From: an uncultured Anaerolineaceae bacterium
Lineage (GTDB): Bacteria; Chloroflexota; Anaerolineae; Aggregatilineales; Phototrophicaceae
Length of the DNA stretch: 64,000 bases
Reading direction: 5' to 3'
Assembly (NCBI GenBank): GCA_964556745.1
Contig: CAZKXW010000007.1
Span: 21,028 to 85,027, forward strand
The position numbers were made by a program, and so were the translations under genes. The notes under the pieces are model-generated. The model saw only the letters and a list, made by a program, of their open reading frames with translations, made no database searches and had not been told where the DNA came from. Positions 56,373 through 64,000 of this stretch are shown in pieces. Position 1 is the first letter of the stretch. Each line of letters begins with the position of its first letter.

Positions 56373-59231
56373 TTACTGGGCTGAATCACCGGGGATGGCC
56401 GCATTGGCGACCAGGACATCGGTGATATTGGACGCATCCAGCGCGATCTGGTCGTAGCCCCAGAAGGGAACCAACGTATCATCCGCGCGGACGATGGCAC
56501 CCATCACCGAGGTATCGATGAGCAGGGTTGTCCGCTCCAGCGCCAGCGCCGCCAGATGCGCGCCAGGTTCGGTCACGCCGGTTGCCACAATCATATGACG
56601 ATCCGAGTTCCAGGGCGAGTCGCTCGTCCAGATGAACCCGGAGTCCAGGGTGGGCAGGATGGCATTAATGCCCACGCCGGTCAACAGGTTAGCCTGACGG
56701 CTGAGCAGGTCGCTGAGTGCCTGACGCTGCACCGAGCCGAGGACGATGATGTTGGCAGTCGCCAGCACATCCTCGTCCAGCGCGGAGGGGGTCATCACGC
56801 GCAGCGAGCTAGAAGGATGGCCGTTAGCCCCCAGGAAAGCGACCAGACGCACCAACTGGTTGAGTTCAGCTTCGGTGGGCGCATCCGGAATGATGATGGC
56901 CGTCGGCGTGGCCGTTTGCATCGACAGGAAGGGGAACGGATAGCTCGCCAGACTAAAGTCGTCAGGCTGGCGTTCGCCCCAGGATAGGGTGGTATAAGCA
57001 TCGATCTGCTGCCAGAGACGGATGACCGGAACGTCCGGGCTGGTCATGGCGCTGGCCGGGAAGGACAGGCTCAGGACGAGCGGCTTCTGAGGATTGGCCG
57101 CGACGATCTCGGCAGCAGGAGCCAGCGAGAGCGTGAGCGGCTGGGCGGCGGATGAGTCAATCTTCTGAACGCCGATGAGCGTGTCATTGAGCATGACGGT
57201 GATGGGTGTGCCGTTTTGCAGCAGGTTCAGGGCGGCGCTGTCGATGTGCAGGGTCAACTGAGCCGGATCGATGTTATCGGTGACGATCAGCGTGTACTGA
57301 CGCTGGAACTGCCCGGACTCATCGGGGTGGGTATCGATGGTGTGGTCAAGCTGCTCCAGGCGGATGCTGGCCGGGCTGCTAGTGCTGACGGTCTGGAAGA
57401 AGGCCGTGCCCAATTCCTGTTCCATCATGGCGCGGGCGCCTTCGGCATCCAGGATTTGACCACGCAGGCGGTAAAGCTGATTGGGATCGGCAGCGGCCAA
57501 GACGATCATATCGCTGACATCCCAGGGGGCACGGGCGATGCGGATGGGGTTTTTGTCCAGCTCGGCGAAGGGTTCGGTGTCCATGAGGCGTTCGCCTTGG
57601 CGAGGATAGTCGTACATGCTGGCGACAATGCTGGCGACGTAACCCTCGGCGGGCGGACGGCCCACGGCGATCAGGTTGGAGATTTCGACTTCGGCTTCGG
57701 TCAAGGTGGAGGTCTTGACGACACGGATGAAGTCGGCCTGGCGCATGATTTCTTCACCCATGCGGGCGATATCCGGCAGGGCCGCATTGAGCAGGTTCAG
57801 ATCGGTCGGATCGGCGATCGCGATGAAAGTGGTGCGCTGTTCGCCGAAGACGACAGGAAGCACTTCCAGCCCATCCTGGCCGGGACGGTAGAAATGGCCA
57901 ACTTCGGCCAGGCCGGGAATATCGGCCACCCAGACATCCTGCGAACGGAAGGCAATGATGCCGAGAACAAACATGACCGCGGCCGTCACGGTGCGATAGA
58001 CGTTGGTCAGCAGCATCTTGGAGAGGTTTCTGGCCTTCTGCCCGGCTCCGCGCGTCAGCCAGCCAGTTTCCCAGAGGGTGACAAGGGCATGGACTTTGAC
58101 GACGGACAGGAAAATGGAAAAGAACGAATAGGCAGGCACGACCCAGAAGCGTTTGGTTTCCAGGAGGTAGGGATAAATCTTGATGGCGCGGCTGATGATC
58201 CACCAGATGGCGAGGATGCCTGCAGAGAGGTAGTGCTGCGTCAGGATCAGGATAGTCATGTACCAGATCGCCAGAGCAAGCGTGAAGGTGCTCATCATCC
58301 GGTCGAGGGTATAGAACATCATGATCGGGTTGCGAACCATCCAGGGCTTGCGCTGGAAGATGGCCCGCAGGTCGGAAAACCATGAATTCCGTGCCCAGCG
58401 AAGGCTCTGCGAAACGTAAACACGCGGGCTGGATTCGGGCCGTGTGTAGACTTCGCTATCGACGATGACGGCAGTATGGTAGCCGGCGTCTTGCAGGAAG
58501 GTGGTGAGGCACTTGTCTTCACCACCGCCGGTCTTGCGGATGCCGAGCCACTGTTCGTTGACCAGATTGGCGCTGATTTCCTTGAGCGGCCCGGCGAGGT
58601 AAGCTGAGCAGCGACCGCTCAGGCAGGACATATAACCGCCGACGGCCTGCCCGGGGGCTTCGATGTGATAACGGAGTTTAAGGCGGATATCGAAGAGGTG
58701 GTGCATCAAGTTCGCCGGTTGGTAGACGCGCTGCTTGACGGTAACGCCACCGATGCCCGGTTTGCTGAAAGTCTCCAGGATTGACTGCTTAACGCCTTTA
58801 CCAAAGATGGTGTCACTGTCCATGCAGATGATGATGTCCATGCCCTCGACCATGGCGATGGCGGCTTTGAGACCTTTACGCTTGCCCTTTTCGTAGACGA
58901 TCTCCCAGCGGATATCGATCTCACCGGCGTGTTCCTGGGCAAAACGGTCGGTCAGGGCCATGTTGTCATGTTCGCCCTGGTCGAAGGTGATGCAAACCTG
59001 GTCGATGCGTTCACGCAGGAGCGAATCCAGCACCTTCTGGAAAGTCTCTGGCGGCTCACCTTTGACGGTCATAGCCGCGCCGACCCGTTTATAAGGCAGT
59101 TCGCCCGTGGCCTTGATATCGCGCCAGCGCGCGGACAGCAGCAGCTTAAAGAGCCATGCTCCGTGGCGAATCGCGCCGATCACCCCGAAGGGGATGAGGG
59201 CAATGAGCGCTGAAATCACATCCTGAGACAT
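56373..59231 (-). CDS. processive GT2 polysaccharide synthase fused to an extracellular BcsB-like domain
   Basis: TM; KGKR, DSD, CLSGRCSAY, GED and QSLRW; further TMs; W.TR; C-terminal YPFPF..TAIIIPD, NIIVLG and SPWN...ATG. Confidence 0.85.
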   Translation of the reverse strand: MSQDVISALIALIPFGVIGAIRHGAWLFKLLLSARWRDIKATGELPYKRVGAAMTVKGEPPETFQKVLDSLLRERIDQVCITFDQGEHDNMALTDRFAQEHAGEIDIRWEIVYEKGKRKGLKAAIAMVEGMDIIICMDSDTIFGKGVKQSILETFSKPGIGGVTVKQRVYQPANLMHHLFDIRLKLRYHIEAPGQAVGGYMSCLSGRCSAYLAGPLKEISANLVNEQWLGIRKTGGGEDKCLTTFLQDAGYHTAVIVDSEVYTRPESSPRVYVSQSLRWARNSWFSDLRAIFQRKPWMVRNPIMMFYTLDRMMSTFTLALAIWYMTILILTQHYLSAGILAIWWIISRAIKIYPYLLETKRFWVVPAYSFFSIFLSVVKVHALVTLWETGWLTRGAGQKARNLSKMLLTNVYRTVTAAVMFVLGIIAFRSQDVWVADIPGLAEVGHFYRPGQDGLEVLPVVFGEQRTTFIAIADPTDLNLLNAALPDIARMGEEIMRQADFIRVVKTSTLTEAEVEISNLIAVGRPPAEGYVASIVASMYDYPRQGERLMDTEPFAELDKNPIRIARAPWDVSDMIVLAAADPNQLYRLRGQILDAEGARAMMEQELGTAFFQTVSTSSPASIRLEQLDHTIDTHPDESGQFQRQYTLIVTDNIDPAQLTLHIDSAALNLLQNGTPITVMLNDTLIGVQKIDSSAAQPLTLSLAPAAEIVAANPQKPLVLSLSFPASAMTSPDVPVIRLWQQIDAYTTLSWGERQPDDFSLASYPFPFLSMQTATPTAIIIPDAPTEAELNQLVRLVAFLGANGHPSSSLRVMTPSALDEDVLATANIIVLGSVQRQALSDLLSRQANLLTGVGINAILPTLDSGFIWTSDSPWNSDRHMIVATGVTEPGAHLAALALERTTLLIDTSVMGAIVRADDTLVPFWGYDQIALDASNITDVLVANAAIPGDSAQ

Positions 59232-59320
59232 GGGCTGTCACCCTACCATTCCGTTACACATTCACTCTGATTTAGGGCCGGCCGCTCACTCACTGCGGTC
59301 GGGCAAAGTTGCTTTATGAG

Positions 59321-59355
59321 AGAAAGAGGGGTGGGTTATTCCGCCCCGCCTTTCT
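59321..59355. terminator. intergenic hairpin between the dehydrogenase and GT2 genes
   Basis: AGAAAGAGGGGTGG-gttatt-CCGCCCCGCCTTTCT, an imperfect stem. Confidence 0.5.
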
Positions 59356-59389
59356 TCAATTCGATCACCCGGAGACGCCCCAGGTGGGG

Positions 59390-60619
59390 TTAGTCGCCGG
59401 CCAGCGCAGCGCTCTCTTCGGCATCGAAGCGGAAGGGCATGACTTTCGGCAGAGGCTTGGCATCTGTCTTTTCCAGGACGGGCACCGCTTCGGAATGCGC
59501 GTCGTAGCCAAGATGCCCATTCGACGCAGCGGAAGCTGCGGTTCCGTTCGGCGCAGCGATGATCGCGGCATCTTCGCCGATCCAGGGAGTGACCGGCTTG
59601 GGCGCCGTTTTCTTGAGAACTGCTTCCTGGTACTGGTCATAGGCAGCAAGCGCCTGACTGCGCAGCTTGGCGGCGTTCATGCGGCGGAAACCGCCTTTGA
59701 CGGGCTGGGGTACTGCGCCCTTCTCGGCCAGATCGATGAACATGTCGTTGACGGCACGGGTGGCGGCCAACTGCGGCATTTCGATGCCTTCCTGCTTGGC
59801 CAGGGCGAGGGTGGCAGCCACATCCTTGGGCAGGCATTTGCCGCCGTAGGGGAAACCGCTGGCTGTGCCGTACCAGCGATTCAACGCGCCTTCGCTCATG
59901 CGGATGGCAAGGTCGATGGCCTGCTGGCCGTCAATGCCCATCTGCTTGAGCATGAGGCCCATCTGGTTGAAGTAGGAGATGATGGTGGCGTTGTAGGTGT
60001 TGACGATGACCTTGCTGGCCTCGGCCACATCGACCGGGACGACCGACATCAGGCGGTCACGTTCGGGGCCGAGTTCGGCGCCGAGCATCTGCACAAGGGT
60101 CTGTCCAGTGCGCTCGTCGAGCGCGCCGATGACGACCTGCCAGATGTTGGATTCGTCTTCGTTGGCATCGGTCTCACGCAGGATTTCGGGCATGTGGGCA
60201 TAGCCGAAATGGACGCCAGCCTTCAACCCGGAGTGGCTTTCGAGGCGCGGGATGATCTCGCGTTCAGAGAGTTTGGGCAGCATGGTACTGCGCATGACGA
60301 CCATCGGGTAGTAGCCTTGATCAACGCGCTTTTTCAGCCAGGGGCCGATGACCTTCAAGCCTTCCCGCATGTAATCCAGGAAGATAGAGCCGTCGATTTC
60401 GGATTGAGGGGTCGAAATGGCGACGAAGAGCATGTCGGCGGTGCAGGCCATGAAATCATCCATGTGTTCGGCGGGAATGCCCTGAGCGCGGAGCTTGCTG
60501 ATGGTCTCCGGGTTCACATCATAGCCAGTGATGGTGTATCCCCGGTTGTGCCAGGTGTGCAGAATTCCCTGCCCAACCACGCCGCTGCCAACTACCGCAA
60601 GCTTGATCTCGTGTTTCAT
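59390..60619 (-). CDS. UDP-glucose/GDP-mannose 6-dehydrogenase family protein, short form lacking the usual C-terminal domain
   Basis: GSGVVG, STP, RST, PEILRE, AEASK...N and GFPYGGKCLPKD (Cys262); about 110-aa Ala/Pro/Lys-rich tail. Confidence 0.88.
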   Translation of the reverse strand: MKHEIKLAVVGSGVVGQGILHTWHNRGYTITGYDVNPETISKLRAQGIPAEHMDDFMACTADMLFVAISTPQSEIDGSIFLDYMREGLKVIGPWLKKRVDQGYYPMVVMRSTMLPKLSEREIIPRLESHSGLKAGVHFGYAHMPEILRETDANEDESNIWQVVIGALDERTGQTLVQMLGAELGPERDRLMSVVPVDVAEASKVIVNTYNATIISYFNQMGLMLKQMGIDGQQAIDLAIRMSEGALNRWYGTASGFPYGGKCLPKDVAATLALAKQEGIEMPQLAATRAVNDMFIDLAEKGAVPQPVKGGFRRMNAAKLRSQALAAYDQYQEAVLKKTAPKPVTPWIGEDAAIIAAPNGTAASAASNGHLGYDAHSEAVPVLEKTDAKPLPKVMPFRFDAEESAALAGD

Positions 60620-61185
60620 GGTGTATTCCCCTTTATCCTTACCCAACGGTTTTCGTTCGATGGCTTGGAGCAAGTTTGTTCCAGACTGTCGAACCCTTCG
60701 CGCGCCGTTCAAGGCGCCTTGTTCTTGTCGCTGTTCTGAACACACAAAGGACGTGACCGGACGGTACATCCTAATTGTTCGTTCTGCGCATTCTGATCCT
60801 TGTTCCGAGTTCAGCAGTCTGTGAAGGCTCTGGCACTGCTAACGACGCAGAACTTGCTAGAAAGTTGCGGTCAGTCTCTCCGCTAACGTTGTCCTTGTGA
60901 CCAGCGCAGTACAAAACTTTGCAGAACTGTTGGCAGGATACCGAGACAGCCTAACACTCAACTAAAGACCTAGAGACTGTTATTAAAGGGCTAGAATGCA
61001 CATTTTGGGGGTTTTTCCACGACTAAAGTACTGCTTGACAGGCCATAAAACGAAAAAAGTGGTTACCCATGTAAGGAGGAACTGGGTCAGGAGATTTACA
61101 GAATTTAAGGAATCGATGAGAGTCGGGTTAAATGCTGAAAATGATGCGGGCGAATCACCGTGCAAGGTCGATTCGAGACCAGCAT

Positions 61186-62286
61186 TCAGTTTACACAAGC
61201 CTCATCAGCGGCGGCGTTTTCCAGCGCTTCGCGGTTGACGCGGCCATCGCCGTTGTCTTCGATGCAGTTGCCGCGAATCAGGGCGATTTCGGCAGGCAGC
61301 GGCTCAAAGAGCGCGTTGATGCCGAAGTAAGCATTGTTCCGAATGATGTTGCCCATGACGACATTGCTGCGTCCGGTTTGGCCGGCGGCCGCGCTACCCG
61401 GCCCTAAGCGAATGCCGCTGCCCGCGTTGTGTTCGATGCGGTTGTTGACGATGATGTTGTCATGACCGTTGACGTTGATGCCGCCGCTTTGGGGGTCGCT
61501 GGTCTGGTACGCGCAGTAGTTGCCCTCGACCAGATTGAAGGAGGCGTTTTCCTTGATATCGACGCACTCGCTGCCGGTTCCATCGGGAAGGCCGAGGTTG
61601 AAGGTGTTGCCAGTGATCCAGTTGAAGCGGGTCTGGTCATCGGGCTGCTGGCTCTCGGTAGAGCCAATATAGATGGCCTCGCGGTTATCGCCGGTACTGC
61701 CGCCGCCCAGACGCCCACAGTATTCAAAGCGGCTGTCCTGAATGACATTGTGGGCGGCGTTCAGGCGGAGTCGGACGCATTCCTCACGGGCGTTGCGCAG
61801 GACGAGGTTGGAGAGGGTCAGGCGGGTGACATCGGCGGAGGCGACGTAAACCAGCTTCTTGCGGTAGTCGCCGGGCGTGTATTCGCCATCGATGGTGAAG
61901 CCGTTCAGGGTGAAGTTGCCGGTGAAAACCTCGACGATGTAGGTATCGCCGGCGCCGAACAGGACGGCGGCGGGTGAACCGGTGATGGTGATGGGAGCGG
62001 TGCTCGCCAGGCAGTCGGGGCGGTTCAGGTCGATGTCTTCTTGGTGGCGACCGTCGGCAAGCTGGATGGTAGTGCCGCAGGGAACCTGCTCCAGAGCCTG
62101 TTGCAGTGTTTGGAAAGGGGGGGCTTGGCCTGCGATTGAAGCGGGCACGTCCTGGCTGCCCAGGGCGGCGACAAAGGTCGGCAGGGGGTAGGCGGCCAGG
62201 CGGCGCGGCTGTGGGCTGATAAAGATCGCCAGCAGCAGGGCGAAGAAGCTGAGCGTAATCCAGGCGGGGGGAAGCAGGCGGTTCAT
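61186..62286 (-). CDS. exported right-handed beta-helix protein, polysaccharide lyase-like (PL31-like)
   Basis: N-terminal hydrophobic leader; EECVRLR, EAIYIGS and ECVDIKE; Asn-ladder repeats. Confidence 0.72.
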   Translation of the reverse strand: MNRLLPPAWITLSFFALLLAIFISPQPRRLAAYPLPTFVAALGSQDVPASIAGQAPPFQTLQQALEQVPCGTTIQLADGRHQEDIDLNRPDCLASTAPITITGSPAAVLFGAGDTYIVEVFTGNFTLNGFTIDGEYTPGDYRKKLVYVASADVTRLTLSNLVLRNAREECVRLRLNAAHNVIQDSRFEYCGRLGGGSTGDNREAIYIGSTESQQPDDQTRFNWITGNTFNLGLPDGTGSECVDIKENASFNLVEGNYCAYQTSDPQSGGINVNGHDNIIVNNRIEHNAGSGIRLGPGSAAAGQTGRSNVVMGNIIRNNAYFGINALFEPLPAEIALIRGNCIEDNGDGRVNREALENAAADEACVN

Positions 62287-62350
62287 GGGGAAGGCAGATC
62301 GATTATGGATAACGTGGATGGTGGTTGAACGACGGGCATCATAGCGCAGC

Positions 62351-63337
62351 TTAGCGGGCCGCGCCAGACATGAGCGGGGGCACAGCGTGGGGCAAAGGGC
62401 GGCCGGAGACGCCGGCAATCAGGTTCTCGGCGGCCATGCGGGCCATGTTATCGCGGGTGCGGCGGCTGGCGCTGCCGATGTGAGGAACGACGACCGCGTT
62501 GGGCAGGCTGAGCAGGGGGTGATCGGCGGGGAGGGGCTCCGGGTCGGTGACATCCAGGGCGGCCCCGGCGATGACTCCGTTCTGCAGGGCGTCAATGAGG
62601 GCGGGCTGATCGACCACGCCGCCGCGCGAGGTGTTCACCAGGATGGCGGAGGGCTTCATCTGTTTAAGGGCGGCCGCGTTGATGAGGTGGCGAGTCTGGG
62701 GGTTGAGGGGGACGTGGATGGTGACATAGTCGGACTGGCGGAGGAGTTCGTCGAAGCTGACGAGTTCAACACCCAACCGGGCCGCATCCTCCGAAGCAGC
62801 GCCGGGGCTGTGCGCGATCAGGCGCATATCGAAGCCGCGGGCGCGGCGGGCGACGGCCTGGCCGATCCGACCGAGGCCGAGGATGCCGAGGGTCGCGCCG
62901 CTCAGATCACCGCCGAGGAGGGCCATCGGTTCCCAGGTTTTCCAGCGGCCAGCGCGGATGTATTCGATGCCTTCGACGAGGCGGCGGGCCGCACAGAGCA
63001 GCAGGGCGAAGGCGAGATCGGCGGTGGCGTCGGTGAGGACGCCGGGGGTATTGCCGACGGGGATGCCGTGGGCATAGGCGGCGGAAACATCGATGTTGTC
63101 GTAGCCGACGGCCATCTGGCTGATGACCTTCAACTGCGGCCCAGCGGATTCGATGAGGGCGGCGTCGATGCGGTCATTGAGCGTACAGAGCAGGCCGGAC
63201 TTGCCGCGCAGCCGCTCGCGGAGGACTTCATAGGGGGGTGGCATGATCTCCGGCCAGATGTCGGCGTCGCAATGGGCGCGGACGAGGCTGAGGCCGGCTT
63301 CCGGGATCACACGGCTGACGAAGACGCTGGGGCGCAT
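62351..63337 (-). CDS. D-2-hydroxyacid dehydrogenase (glyoxylate/hydroxypyruvate reductase-like)
   Basis: AVGYDNID, NTPGVLT, GLGRIG, NTSRG, LDVTDPEP and PHIGSA. Confidence 0.94.
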   Translation of the reverse strand: MRPSVFVSRVIPEAGLSLVRAHCDADIWPEIMPPPYEVLRERLRGKSGLLCTLNDRIDAALIESAGPQLKVISQMAVGYDNIDVSAAYAHGIPVGNTPGVLTDATADLAFALLLCAARRLVEGIEYIRAGRWKTWEPMALLGGDLSGATLGILGLGRIGQAVARRARGFDMRLIAHSPGAASEDAARLGVELVSFDELLRQSDYVTIHVPLNPQTRHLINAAALKQMKPSAILVNTSRGGVVDQPALIDALQNGVIAGAALDVTDPEPLPADHPLLSLPNAVVVPHIGSASRRTRDNMARMAAENLIAGVSGRPLPHAVPPLMSGAAR

Positions 63338-63391
63338 AGTTGATCTCCATATCGCTATTCGATGACCGCTTTTAGGTTACGGCCAGACGGA

Positions 63392-63955
63392 ATAAGTTAA
63401 TCGTTGCTAGTTTATGGTTAGATTTTAGCCATACAGAATGTTCCAGGCAGCGGCGATGAGAGAAATGATAAGAAAAATAAGAAAAATAAGAATGAGAATG
63501 TGAGAATCCTGATGGAACGAAGCATTCGAATGCGAATGATGCTTGCACGAGCGACCCGGCGGGTCGCCTCTACGATGAGTCGCCTTTGATGTGGTTTTGC
63601 CCTAAGTGGTGCATCCGGTAAACTCTGCCCTCATTCCCCTGCCCCCTTTCCCGACGGGAGAAGGGGAAAAAACTTTCCGGGGGCGTCCCCCGCAGCCCTC
63701 TGTTTTTCTCGACGATTTAGCGGATGAGCTAAGTGCTTAGCCAAAGATTACAACAGTGTCGGTAATGTCGTCAGTGTCAGTCGCGGTCGTTGATCGTTTT
63801 GGGTTAATTCAGCACATACGGGACACTGATTCCTGCAACATCTGTTGCAGTTGTTGCAGCTGCACTTGTTGTGAATCGACGGCAACGGCCTTGCGTGTAA
63901 GGCGGCGACCGGGTTGGCGCGATGAGAATCTTGAGAATGATAAGAATGAGAATGG
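63392..63955. repeat. dispersed modular intergenic repeat, copy C (interrupted by REP-like palindromes)
   Basis: 63394-63512 matches 23287-23401 in reverse complement. The TGTC module at about 63757-63778 and the TGCA module at about 63833-63895 match copies A and B. A second TGAGAA module lies at about 63918-63955. Confidence 0.85.
63549..63573 (-). repeat. GTAG-type REP-like palindrome
   Basis: Minus strand GTAGAGGCGACCCGCCGGGTCGCTC; similar GTAG-headed palindromes at 2260-2283 and about 22936-22960. Confidence 0.6.
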
Positions 63956-64000
63956 GCGATGATTCTCATTTGGGATGCTGTCCTCGCCAGATAAGCGCGC

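Noticed and set aside
56373..60619. Hyaluronan (hasAB) or cellulose (bcsAB) operon; assigning the symbols algD or alg8
   Set aside because: The adjacent YGFDPHE epimerases and lyase-like gene point to a polyuronate, and there is no PilZ or bcsZ. Orthology to algD/alg8 cannot be shown without a phylogeny, so no symbols were given.
60620..61185. c-di-GMP riboswitch upstream of the EPS operon
   Set aside because: No GEMM-type GGCAAAC...GACGCAAAG signature was found on the coding strand by eye.

Overview
GC-rich bacterial chromosomal window with about 45 genes. It is most likely from Chloroflexota/Anaerolineae, inferred from the gene repertoire, the GAAC-N4-GTTC LexA boxes and the multi-GAF kinase. 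No rRNA, tRNA, CRISPR array or transposase was seen. Housekeeping genes (folC, tkt, priA, lexA, moaB, wecB) surround four notable loci. (1) At 50.8-62.3 kb, a minus-strand cluster looks like a non-proteobacterial alginate-type exopolysaccharide pathway: a short nucleotide-sugar (GDP-mannose-type) dehydrogenase, a GT2 polymerase fused to a BcsB-like domain, two AlgE-type mannuronan C5-epimerase A-modules with intact YGFDPHE, a PL31-like beta-helix lyase and a secreted TPR protein. (2) At 27.8-30.1 kb, an 11-CxxCH cytochrome c is split by an in-frame UGA with a SECIS-like hairpin (probable selenoprotein) and is followed by an exported double rhodanese. (3) At 5.7-17.4 kb, a signalling locus contains a threonine-synthase-like PLP enzyme fused to two receiver domains, downstream of an orphan binding protein and a dCache/GAF/PAS kinase. 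(4) A dispersed, modular non-coding repeat occurs in three copies. Also present are a DUF4062-STAND-TPR protein and two adjacent genes with TGA at apparent Trp positions. All family assignments come from motif recognition by eye; no database searches were run.
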